A stretch of DNA of 63,127 nt, filler included, from Octopus bimaculoides (lineage: Eukaryota), in NCBI RefSeq assembly GCF_001194135.2. It is 5 parts of 5 records of this genome, joined end to end, with 100 filler letters (N's around TTAATTAATTAA, not from the genome) between each part and the next. Parts side by side here need not be neighbours in the genome. Positions count along the whole stretch, not along the records: positions 24,926 to 38,316 come from NC_068988.1; positions 38,417 to 59,103 come from NC_068989.1; 3 more parts are not named here. One strand, written 5' to 3'. Below are positions 27,325 to 38,887 of the stretch, piece by piece. Made by a program: the position numbers and the translations under genes. The notes under the pieces were generated by a model that worked only from the letters and a program-made list of their open reading frames with translations, searched no databases and had not been told where the DNA came from. Positions within the stretch are counted from its first letter, which is position 1. Every line of letters begins with the position of its first letter.

Positions 27325-28373
27325 GATTCTTCGAACTTTGTCTCCGTCACACTGTGTTTATGCAAAAATCTATTAAGCAATTGAAGTAGGCGATGCAATT
27401 TTATATTTCTTTGTGAATGTAATTGTCAATCTATCTGTCTAATAATGCTTGGGCAGTGTTTTATAATTTAAACAACGGGATTACAAGCATCCCTTTACTA
27501 ATACATTATACGTACTTTCATAACATCAGCTTCAAATATTGTATTATGGTGTAACTTGGATTAATATCCAAGGCAGTCTACGAATTCCACATAAGAAGAA
27601 ACTGCCATAAATAACAGACGAGAATTTATCAGAATTTATGGTCAAAATATCTAATGTAATGGCATCCATGCATTGTCCTCGTTAGGGTATTCGAAATAAC
27701 ACTTTACTTTTGTTTCATTATGCGTGTTTTCTCGCTTTTTATCTGAATATAACGAATCATCTTTGTCCTCTCATAAACGATTTATTGTCACTGTATGTAG
27801 TAAGTACTGGTGTATTTCCTGCAACGAAGTTATGTTGTAGTATAGAAAGGAAGATGACACAGTAACGCCGTTAGTAGCAGAGGTTAACTAAACTCCCATT
27901 GATTTATTTAGTTACATTATTTCCTCCTCCATCTCCTCCTCCTCCTCCTCTTCCTCATTTACCTTCCTCACCTCTCCCACTTCGGCGTTACCCTGTTATC
28001 TTTCTTTCTGTCTATGCTGTATATGTACTAAGCCAATTTTCTTTACATATACGATAAATAGATATGCACATTATCTCACAATCAATTTATGTACCTGTAA
28101 AAACAAACAAACTCACACACACACACACACACACACATATCTATTTCAAATAAAACAATAGTGTTTTAAAACACTTGTATCAATTCACAATTGATAATCT
28201 GATATATAACGATAATTCACGGAATTGAACTATAAGTTGGTATTAATACACTGCTATTGATATTTTAATCATCATCTCTTAAGAAACTGATATTCGCCAA
28301 ACAACACATAGCGCCCAGGTTTCATAATTGATCGCAGGTATATATATATTAATGTGCGTGTGTATGTGTGTGT

Positions 28374-28529
28374 GTACGAGGGGTGCTAAAAAGATCCTGG
28401 CTTCAGGGAAAACACGAAAAGCCTAGCTAGAGGCCCAACATTCAGAGTTATTGTACAGGGATTTAGAAAGACTGAAGGACCGCTGCAATAAATGTGTGAA
28501 TCTTAGACGGGGATATGTTGACTGAAATC

Positions 28530-28530
<1 letters not shown>
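28374..28530 (+). mobile_element. Internally deleted mariner derivative
   Basis: TIR-like start tacgaggggtgctaaaaag joined to the transposase C-terminus GLERLKDRCNKCVNLRRGYVD*. No clear right TIR. Confidence 0.55.
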
Positions 28531-28589
<59 letters not shown>

Positions 28590-28765
28590 ATTTATGGTCA
28601 AAATATCTAATGTAATGGCGTCCATGCATTGTCTTCGTTAGCTCACTTGTAACCTAAACCAATAGGTACGCTGAGTAAGCGCAATGGCTGGTCGACCGTT
28701 AGGTTTCAAGATCACAGCTAAGGCTAGGTCCGGATTAGGGTTTCGTTATGGCAGGCATATATTAT

Positions 28766-29366
28766 ATTAGAGGAAAAATCAAAAAACCAAGGCAGACCGA
28801 GAATCTCAATTCATTACAATAATTTAATTTGGGTAAGGTGAATTTGAAGTCCTACATCTGTTTCTGGGGTAACCAAAGTGGTAAGTTAGCATGTCCACAC
28901 ATTTGGTATTCTCTCATCAGAGACAAGCTATGAATATTTTAGAGAGGGAAAATTTAATGTTTATAAGGAAAAAAATAGAAGAATAAAGGAATAAGTAGAA
29001 GAATAAAAGGTAATTGTAGTTAGAAGAATATAGGCAGGAGAATAATGTTCACAATTCATATTATTCCAGAGGGTATAGCTTTGAGAACATTATTCTGCCT
29101 ATATTCATCTAACTACGTTTACTCTTTATTCTTCTGTTTTATCCCTAATTAACTGTGAATTGTATTCTTTGTAAACTGTGAATTTTACCTGTCTAAAATA
29201 TTCATACCTTGTCTCAGAATGGAATTCCCAGCGTGTGGACATGCTAACCTACCACCTGAGTATCCCAGAAACGGCTGTAAGACTTCAAATGCACTTAACC
29301 CACTTGAAATCAATCTAAATTACTTGAAATACTCGTTCTGCCTTGGTTTTCGATTTTTCCTCTAAT
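28766..29366. mobile_element. About 600-bp foldback element (inverted duplication of a hammerhead-bearing pLTR-like unit)
   Basis: Ends attagaggaaaaatc..aaaaccaaggcaga / tctgccttggttttcgatttttcctctaat. Internal matched blocks gttagcatgtccacac/gtgtggacatgctaac and aatataggcag/ctgcctatatt. Centre at about 29070. Confidence 0.75.
28849..28924 (-). ncRNA. Type I minimal hammerhead in the left arm of a foldback element
   Basis: gtct-CTGATGA-[..taccaaa..gtg / cac..tttggtta..]-GAAAC-AGAT-GTA-ggac. Confidence 0.6.
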
Positions 29367-29371
29367 ATATA

Positions 29372-29432
<61 letters not shown>

Positions 29433-30599
29433 ATGTGTTTGCGTGTGTGTGTATGTGTGTTTGCGTGTGTGTTTGTGCGTGTATATATGTATACACACAC
29501 AAACACACACTTACACACACGCACAGGCAGACACACACACACACACACACATATATATACACGTATTAATTTGAAATTTCTGTCGACAGAGTAAACTCAT
29601 GTCTACATAAACGCTCATAAATATATTTAATGTTCCCTTTAAATACATATGTGTGCATGTGTGTGTATATCTATGTTTATCTGAATGAGTGTATGTGTGT
29701 GTGTGTATGCAGATTTCTTTGTTTCGTTTACATATAGAAAATGTTAACATATTACTTAAGTGTCCTTGTTTGTTTATTCGAAATAAAGTGGTTTATATAG
29801 CAATTGGCATGTTAAGACATGAGCAGGGATCGTGTTTTATGCATAGTTTAATATGTATCCAAATAAATGCATTCACATTATATATTCACTTTTGAAGTGT
29901 TATTCTCATATGCATACACTACATGACATAATGCAAAACACAATGCAATATGCCGCACATATGTAAGTACAGAAAGAAACATGTATGTCTTATGGATAAT
30001 ATATCCATATACATTAAATGAAAGACGTAGTAGAAAGCACTTAGCAATACAGCGCATAATACTAAGCATATACTCAACACAAGCACATACATTGCGTTGC
30101 ATTGTTATGTATTCCTGTAAATATTAGTTTATTAATTCAATTCTGTCAGTCTATATTTCACCGTGCTGCCTGGACAAACATAATATAGATACAAATTTGC
30201 GAATGATTATTTTGAAAATCGAGAAGAAATTTAATGCATGTCTTCTGTTAGTGTTGGCAAAATCAAACAAAGCAAGAACACAATTAGATAAGCGAATTAA
30301 CGGTACACATTTGTTTTTAATTTAGATCGCAACACACAAACACACATACTGAGATAAACATACACACATGTTACACATGCACCCATGAATATTTAGACGA
30401 AGTTCTATGGTATATATATNNNNNNNNNNNNNNNNNNNNNNNNNNNNNNNNNNNNNNNNNNNNNNNNNNNNNNNNNNNNNNNNNNNNNNNNNNNNNNNNN
30501 NNNNNNNNNNNNNNNNNNNNNNNNNNNNNNNNNNNNNNNNNNNNNNNNNNNNNNNNNNNNNNNNNNNNNNNNNNNNTATATATATATAAATCTATGTGT

Positions 30600-31975
30600 T
30601 TTTTTTCAATGTTTACAAATAGCATAAATAAATAGTTACCAGGGTAGCAAAATTTCACTCAAGTACCAAGGATGTAACACACTACTTATACAGGTAGAAA
30701 CTCCAGGTTTAGGTGAAATGTTTTTTGTATTATATAGATAAATACATAAATGGAGTTAAACGCAGGTGTTATTCAAATCTTTATACTTCCGATATATGTT
30801 TCAAAGAAAACATTGGTATTCTTCCAGAAGGAATAAAATGGTGTAAAACAATGCAATCTTCTCATCAGGGAAAGAAAGAAACCAAACACATCAATAAGAC
30901 ATCTAACAGAATCGTAGAAATCACTTATAGGAACTAAAGATATGTTTCTGCCAATGTTTGCAACGATAAACGCGTTTTATAAACGTGTTTACGAGAGTTT
31001 TATCTGAGAACAGGATGAAATACATTTCGCTGTTGCAAAGCAGACAAATGGATTTACTTCTATCATTCGGTAAATATATAGAGAGAATGTTCCTTTTCAA
31101 ATCAAATTGTTTATTATAATCCTTTTGATCCCTTATTAATTTACTAAGCCCAGTATTGTTACGTTTATTCATATGTCTAAATGTAGAGTAATGATTAGAT
31201 ATTATTTTGGACAATTGAGATGAAGAACTATCTATATAAAAATAGACGTCAGAACCGGAAGTATTTGTGCTTTGATAAATAGAGTTTCTAATCTTAGAAT
31301 TACTGCTAAGAAAACAAATGCGATTGGCGTCAACATCAGAAACACTAATACCGCTGGTATTACTATTTAAAGAATGGTTAGTGTTAACAAAATCAATCTT
31401 ACTATTTTCATTAAGTGAATTTGCATCTAAAAACTTATTATTATGCGAAGAGATGATTTGTGAAAGATTTTTTTGTGTTAGAAAAACCTATCCTGATTCG
31501 GTGTGAATTAATAGTCGAATAGTATCTTGAATTTCTTGGGAAGTTCTTTTGTATAGTTTCACGAAACTGGTAAGGAAAGTTGGATTTTGATCAGCTTACC
31601 ATATGGAATTATTAACCAAACAGTTTTGCTAGGACATACCCTGCTATTAGGATAATTATATTAAAAAGTACTCGATGTAACTTTATAACGAAAAAAGGGT
31701 CTTAAATAATGATTATCTCCCTTATGCTGCAGATTTACATTACTCGATTTGGTGCTGTTATTCGAAATAAAATTAATTATTGTTTAATATCGTTGTAACT
31801 CGATTTTATGTCCTGATTAATAGATGCATAATTAATGTTAATAGGGTTAATACAGGTCATATTCTCTTTATAGCCTGCTTTAAGTAAGGCAGAGTTATAA
31901 ACTTCAGCTTTATCATTGACGATATCAACATTAGCAGATAATTTAGAAAGTCTAATTGAAATATTCCTAACTAGA
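30600..31975 (-). mobile_element. Penelope-like element, decayed 3' part (GIY-YIG C-terminus and pLTR region)
   Basis: FRETIQKNFPRNSRYYSTINSHRIRIG and NHYSTFRH...TGLSKLI...CLLCNSEMYFILFSDKTLVN...CKH match PLE RT-linker and endonuclease C-terminal motifs. Confidence 0.75.
30787..30872 (-). ncRNA. Degenerate hammerhead 3' of the PLE ORF
   Basis: ttcc-CTGATGA-G-aaga..cattg...caatg..tctt-T-GAAAC-ATAT-ATC-ggaa. The C-G pair of stem III is lost (AUC triplet). Confidence 0.45.
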
Positions 31976-32226
31976 TTCTTTCAGTAATCACTCTAATTAT
32001 TTAGAGAGATTACTGAAAGAGCTAACATATTTTAAATTAGTTGAGGGTTTGTGGTATGGGAAATATGAATCATTATTCAAGCTAAGGGTAATATCCAAAA
32101 TGTTAGCTTTAGTTATATCATCGTCAAAAACAATGCGTAAGCCCATGTTTCGGAAAAAAATTTAACTAAGCCATTTAACTATCCCCTTCCCCCAAATTTC
32201 AGGCATTGTGCGTATGGCAGAATCGA

Positions 32227-32266
<40 letters not shown>

Positions 32267-32893
32267 AGGTGCATGCTTGAACGGAGGTTTCTTTTTCACA
32301 GTTTTGAGAAGTTCCCGGCGGCGAATATTCTTTCGCTGTCTTCTAGATCACTTAATTTGATCAGAATCTGCCGACTGGTTAACTTCACTGGACTCCGGAT
32401 TTTCTGCAGACATATTGGAGCTTCTTTTTGTATCGATATTGTCCTCGGAATCAGATGTTGTAATAGGCATATTGTCTGGTGCTTCTCTCAACAATAACTG
32501 TCACCTCAGATACACAAACTTGTCTTGAAGGAATTTACTCCAATAATTTATACCTGATATTATTATTATTATTATTATTATTATTGTTATTATCATCATC
32601 TTTTAAAAAGGATTGACGTAACTCTTCACAAAGGCAAACAGTCAAGACGAAGAGCGGAATTCGATTGTAAGATATTTTATTCGTTGAACTCTATTTCAAC
32701 AGTAAGTCTGTCTTTGTCAAGTTCAAAATAAGAAGTGATAAAAATTCGAAATTATAGAAATTTAAACGTAAAGTATGAACGAAAGCAACCAGCGTCCATA
32801 CGTTGATGGAATGACATCGTCAGTTTTTAAGTTACAATTTTATAACAGGCGAAAAGAAAAAAAACAGAAAAAAATAGAAAAAAAGAAGACGAC

Positions 32894-32927
<34 letters not shown>

Positions 32928-33469
32928 ACACGCCGACTTGGCAAATAATCGTCACCACACCGGAAAAATTGCGTAACAACATTTTTTCCGGCTTTTTACA
33001 TTGTCACGCCAAATGCCATGAATGGCGGTTTTCGCTTCCAATCTATCGGGATCAATAAACTGAATTCGACTTTTCTATCCCCTCAAATTTTCTGGCTTTG
33101 AGTAAAATTCAGAACAGCAACATTTTCGTCAAAAGAACTAGTTTGGTAATTCAATTATACTTTGGTATTTGTCAATACATAAGTGGAGAGGTCAATGCTA
33201 AGTGTACACATACTGTTAAGAAGGAATACCAGGAAAATCAATCTTTTCTAATCGATGTATATAAGTCCAAGCAGGTGGATCCTAATCCACCAAGTGAAAG
33301 TATGTCAGAAGAAAGTAATTCAACAACGCGGGTTGATGAACCGTAAGACGTGTGGCCAGAACCTCCTGGAAAATAACCATAGCGAGGGACATCCCACAGT
33401 TGAATTAAAACAGTCACAAACAGTGAAAGAAGACATGCACCCAACACTAGAGCTGAAGACACCTCTGAA

Positions 33470-33600
33470 AGGGGGTGGCCCCGCCACGTCAAAACGGTAG
33501 AGGAGTAGGGGCCGAAACCGGACGTGGTTCCTCTTGATGATGTCTTGAGCTAACTGGATCCTATAAAGGAGCTGTTGTGGGAGCAGACCACAAAACATGG
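33470..33600 (+). repeat. Unclassified repeat shared with 60095-60235
   Basis: cgccacgtcaaaacggtagaggagtaggggccgaaaccgga...ctggatcctataaaggagctgt occurs in both places. Confidence 0.7.
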
Positions 33601-34021
33601 TTGAAATTCCTCCTTTATAAAGAAGTTGAACATTTTACAAAATAGAAAGATCTGAAATAGAGATAATCAGAATTTGGAACCTGGAGCAGAAACAATCTTT
33701 ATAACAACACGTACTTCGGAAATGATAACAAAACATGCAGAAACGTGGGTAGCTAGGAAGCAATCATATACAAAATACAATAAAATGCAGTGAACAGAAG
33801 TACTCGGTACCGTTCATATATAACATAGCATACATTCAAAATAGTGAAATTAACAAAACGAAAACAGAGCACTACACATTTTAATGTGAGACCGAACCTG
33901 ATCTATGAGGCTGGAATGTGAGGCAATAAACTGACCTGAAATCCAAGAGCATTCTAAAGTCTCTGCAGAATTGCCAAATAAATATGTAACTATAGAATGA
34001 GTATGATAAGCATATTTTCTA

Positions 34022-35265
34022 TCAGGTCATCCCAGAAGTTCTGTCCGATTTTACCTTTTTTAAAATTGAATGAAATTTAATAGTTTTTAGAATGTCTAAT
34101 GGAATTAAAACATATTTTTATGCATTTGTGTACATTCAAACTAAATAAATATTATTTTACAGAATAATAGAATTAAAATTTCTTTGATTAAAACTCTTTC
34201 TAACATGGAAGTATCCAAAGACCATTTGAGGCACATAATGCTTTATGAGTACAAAAAAGGAATCTCTGCAGCCGAAGTGACTCGAAACATACACTCAGTT
34301 TATGGGAAAGAATGCTTGAATGAAAGAACTTGCAGAAGATAGCTTGCAAAATTCAGAAGTGGAGATTTCAGCTTTGAAGATGAAGATCGAACAGGATGCC
34401 AGTTGAGTTAGATGATAAGCTCCTTGAGGCATTACTTGAAGAAAATCCTGCATTATCAGTTGAAGAATTGGCAATAAAGCTTGGTTCAAACCGTACAACT
34501 ATTCATCGTCATCTTCAACAACTTGGAAAGGTTCCTAAACTTGGAAAATGAGTGCCTCATGAATTGTCCGAAAGCAACCGCACAACCCGAGTTGACATCT
34601 GCTCTTCTCTCCATTCTCGCGAATTCATTTCACCCCTTTTGGATAAACTTGTGACTGGTGACGAAAAATGGATCTTCTATCGAAATGTTAAACGTCGTAT
34701 ACAATTGCTTGGTAAAAAGGGAAAAGCTCAACCACAACCGAGAAGAGAACTTCATGGATAAATGGTTCTTCTCTCTATCTGGTGGGATTGCAAAAGAGTA
34801 ATTCACTTTGAATTGTTATCACCTAATGCAACAATCAATGCTCAAGTCTACCGTCAGCAATTAGAGCGTTTGAACCAAACTTTGAAGAAAAATAGACCCG
34901 CTTTAATCAATCGAAAAGGAGTGATGTTTCATCAGGATAATGCGCGACCCCACACTGCAAAGATCACATCACAGAAGATCGAAGAGCTGGGTTGGCAAAA
35001 AATTCCTCATCCACCTTATTTTCTTGACCTTGCTCCTTCAGGCTACCATTTGTTTCGGAGGAGGTTGAAGCTGACATTTCAGAGTTCTTCGCTTTGAAAC
35101 CAAAAGAGTTTTCACATTAATGGGATAAAAAAGCTTGTAAATAGATGGAAGGAAGTCATAGATAATCAGGGAAAGTACATTGATGATTAAATTTCAATCA
35201 AATATAACATTTGATCACTTGTTTTCTTTATTCAAAATTCGGACAGAACTCATGGGATGACCTGA
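34022..35265 (+). mobile_element. Full-length decayed mariner (Tc1/mariner, D,D34D) transposon
   Basis: About 28-bp TIRs (tcaggtcatcccagaagttctgtccga / tcggacagaactcatgggatgacctga), TA at 34020-21 and 35266-67, 1244 bp. Transposase 34205-35190 has VPHEL, TGDEKW, HQDNARPH and DLAPSGYHLF (third D mutated to G), plus internal stops. Confidence 0.95.
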
Positions 35266-35275
35266 TAAAACTTAC

Positions 35276-36219
35276 CGATTTGTTTAAGCGAACTCCGACC
35301 AAAAGCATCAAAACCCAAAAGAGCAAGTGTCCAGCCGCTATCAATGAAATGTAACCGTATTCATACGGGTTACTTGAGTAGGTGTCGTTTATGATTCCGT
35401 AAGTTGCAATACAACTGCTGGTGAAGCCACCAAGTATGATAAATCCCGAAGAAAGATTCAGTGATTCATTTAGTAATCTCAGTATTGTACTCAGAGTATC
35501 ATGCGTTTTAATGATTTCACTAATCTCTCTTTGACTTTTGAAAACAAACGTAATGTCGGATCGCTTTTCATTTATATAACGTTGAGCCTGATTCGCCACT
35601 TTGGTAAACTGATAAATAAGTGTAGATGCAGTTATAAGTTCATATATATATCAACTATCACGTGCAGAAATGAAATGCAATTAAATACAGCATCTATAAT
35701 CAAATACAGTATAATATTAATATCATTGTTTGGAAGAGGATATGTGTAGAGACGCAGAGCATCTTCACTGAAAAAAGTAATAAGGAAATCCAAACTTAAG
35801 ACGTAAACTACATTGGTGAGTACAAATATAGATAAGGACATATATGAATATAGAGTCATAAAATCTTTTATCTTCTTCTTCAATGTTAAGTTCAGCAAAT
35901 GTTCTCATTAGTTCTGTGTTTCCAGAATTTCTTAAGAATTTAAAACAACAATCCATGGCAATGAAACACCTAAAAGTAATTATGTGTAAATATGTAAATA
36001 CACGACCGGTGCTTAAATTTTCCAATTCCATCAAACAAATACCAAGGCGAATAGGGTTTGTAATTAAATATGCAGAGAGTATTATATGAAACACTTGCAA
36101 ACAAGTTTTTTTTTAATGTCACGTATTTTCAGTGAGAATATATTTATATGTGCTTTCGTAAAATTATATTTTTGATAAAATTCTAAGATTTTAAAGAACT
36201 GTGTTCCTCTTACATTCAT
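35276..36219 (-). pseudogene. GRL locus B, exon 1 (TM1-TM6), three frameshifts
   Basis: Paralogue of locus A: shared TQFFKxLEFYQKY, NPIRL, VANxAxRY, HDxLS, NESLxLxSGF, TYGIIN, GVRLNKS then donor GTaagt. 944 nt. Shifts at the T9 run 36106-36114, at 35851-35881 and at about 35635. Confidence 0.75.
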
Positions 36220-38127
36220 TCTTTCCTTTTTTTGAAATTTCGTACTTCTTGGAAAAGATTTTTGTGTCAACTTTCAAGATCTGTAAGATTAATCACGCAA
36301 TGTACATATACTTTCAGTAAGTTACTCGATTTGATTTTCTATTAAATTCTGTTATGTTTATATTTCTCAGGATAAAACCTAACAATCAACGGGGAAAGAA
36401 ATACTGTCCTTACCAACCTTATTTGTCGTTGCGCATGTGTTCCGATCATAATTTATATACACCATGTGACATACCCTGGAGTAAAATACTAATTGGATAT
36501 TAGAAGAATCAATCCGATTAACAGCAAAGTACGATAATCTGCAGTCATTAATCTATTACCGTCCATAAATACAATATTTAATGTTTAACTTGTCAATATT
36601 GTCTTTATTGGCGATTTCGGAACAAATAAGTATTTTCTGATTATTCCTGCAACCCTAATGGAAACAATACATGCTCTTGGTGTGTTTATACTAAGAAGCT
36701 TCTCATTAATTGAAAGTAACAAATTACACTGTGTGTCTAAAATATGTGTAGTATATATTCTGTCCAATTTGTGTAGTATATATTAAGCTAATCTATACAG
36801 CCGTTTCTTTTTTATTGTCTCATATAGATTTATATTATATGCGTATCTGTGACTAAGGGTAAAAGCATACAATAATTACAAAATCAATGTAAATGACTTC
36901 TCTTAATTTATATTAAGCGATGAAGTGATTTCAGATGTAGCGTTTTGATGAAGTTACGAAAGTTGAAAATATAGACGTCATAGTTCATTCTGAATACATT
37001 GGAATACACAAAGCACTCGCACACACTCGCCTACATGCATGTACATGAATGCGCCTATATACATGCATACACACATAGACACATGCATTCACCCCCCATT
37101 ATTGTATATATATATATATGTATGTGTATGTATGTGTATGTGCGTGTGTATTTTATTTCATTTTATGAATCCATTAACTGCTAAATTTCTTTATTCATAT
37201 TTTCTGGCTTTGCCAGGTGTCTTACGAGTTAAAATAATATATTATATTAATTTTTTTTTCATATGTGAATTATTTTAGGAATTATGATAAATTTTCGAAA
37301 AGTCCGAAATGGGAATCGCTGAAAAAAAAAAAAAAAAAATCCTTTTTGTGTTCAATTGCAATAAAAGACATTTTAGTTTCTTTGAAACAATTGTATCAAA
37401 TGTGAATGTGTAAGATCTATCAATGAATGATATAAATGGGAAATGCAAAAGAAGAAAAAGATTCGTTTTCAAAACAGTCAATTTTGTTATAGTTCAAAAA
37501 TTGCGATTTATGACACAAAATGTCCTCTAGAATTAGCCAGAGCTAATAATGACAAACTTTAACTACTGAATATTGTTAAACACACCTCTACAAATACAAC
37601 AATGTACATAAGCAATTCACTTTAAATACAACGAACAACCGACAGTGAGACTGTTTTTAGTAGATCCCTAAATGGGTCTCATGGCAGGCAATGGGTTAAA
37701 GCAGGAACAACTTTACAGACTCTCAGTCAGTGTTTCACATAAGCGTTCGTCAAACAGTTGTAATTAGTCAGAACGCCACACCAGGTTATAAGTATTTCTA
37801 AACATTGTTGATCACCAGCTCAATTTGGAGATTAGGTCGTGAGCGTGAGCATCTACAAATGTACGGGTATTAAATGAAGCTAGTTCCTCCCCACTCCTCT
37901 TTAGGCTACAACGGTCTATTATAGAGAAGGTCAGATCGTACAAGCATGAATGGTAACGAAGTTGTAGGCATTATTCGAAATTCTTAATTTGTAAACCATT
38001 ACCACTCACTTAATAATATATATAACATTAACCAGTTCTTATCGATCTTTTGATCTATTAGTTCTATACATGTTTTTTTTTTGCGCTTTTCCTTAATTCT
38101 TTATTTCCAACCGACAAATTTCATTTT

Positions 38128-38575
38128 GTGACTGCGGCTGTGTAATAAGAAACTTGCACTGCAACCACATGGTTCTGGGTTCAGTTCTACTGCGTAGTAC
38201 CTTGGGCAAGTGACGTTTTCTACAGTCTTGGGCCGGTCAAAACCTTGTCAGAGGATTTGGCGGACGGACACCGAAAGAAGCCCATCGTATATATATATAT
38301 ATATATATATATATATNNNNNNNNNNNNNNNNNNNNNNNNNNNNNNNNNNNNNNNNNNNNTTAATTAATTAANNNNNNNNNNNNNNNNNNNNNNNNNNNN
38401 NNNNNNNNNNNNNNNNTATGATGGGCTTCTTTCAGTTTCCATCAACCAAATTCTCTCACAAGGTTTGGTCAACCCAAGGATTTAGTAGAAGACACTTGCT
38501 CAAGCTGCTACACAGTGAGACTGAACCCAGAACCATGTAGTTGCAAAGCAAACTTCCTACTACACAGCCACACTT
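38128..38575. mobile_element. Two SINE family 1 5' parts in opposite orientation across a linker gap
   Basis: Plus copy 38128-38289 and minus copy 38418-38575, both ending at (TA)n/N. Confidence 0.7.
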
Positions 38576-38752
38576 GAGCTTATATGCAAAGTGGGGAATC
38601 CTGTAAGCTGTAATGCACTGAAAACTTTTTTCCTCAACATGCACAGCTGAATCTATGGTGTATTTAATATGCTCTGCATCTTCTATGCCATCGAAAATAT
38701 GGAACCAAGCAAAAAAGAGAAAATTGTTAAAAGTATGAGAAACAGGACTTAC

Positions 38753-38887
38753 CGATAAGCTATTGTTAGTGGCAGTAATCCACCTGTTGAATTCAACCAA
38801 GAACTTAGCTGAGAAAAGAATAAGTAAGACCTCATGGCTTGAACAAGGAACATCCCTGTAACAAATTTCTCCGATTTATCTGTCCAC
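38753..38887 (-). CDS. ATOSA: Atos homolog, coding exon 3 in window
   Basis: Acceptor ttcctcttattttaatAG, donor GTaagt, 135 nt (phase 2 to 2): RWTDKSEKFVTGMFLVQAMRSYLFFSQLSSWLNSTGGLLPLTIAYR. Matches FAM214A LLLAVRSFVFFSQLSAWLSVSHGAIPRNILYR. Confidence 0.9.

Noticed and set aside
32273-32520. Minus-strand frame RQILIKLSDLEDSERIF, LINE ORF1-like
   Set aside because: Too short and diverged to call.
36585-36767. ORF ending KTILTS, reminiscent of a GR pre-TM7 exon
   Set aside because: Upstream of GRL-B exon 1 with no parent exon 1, no splice sites and wrong spacing.
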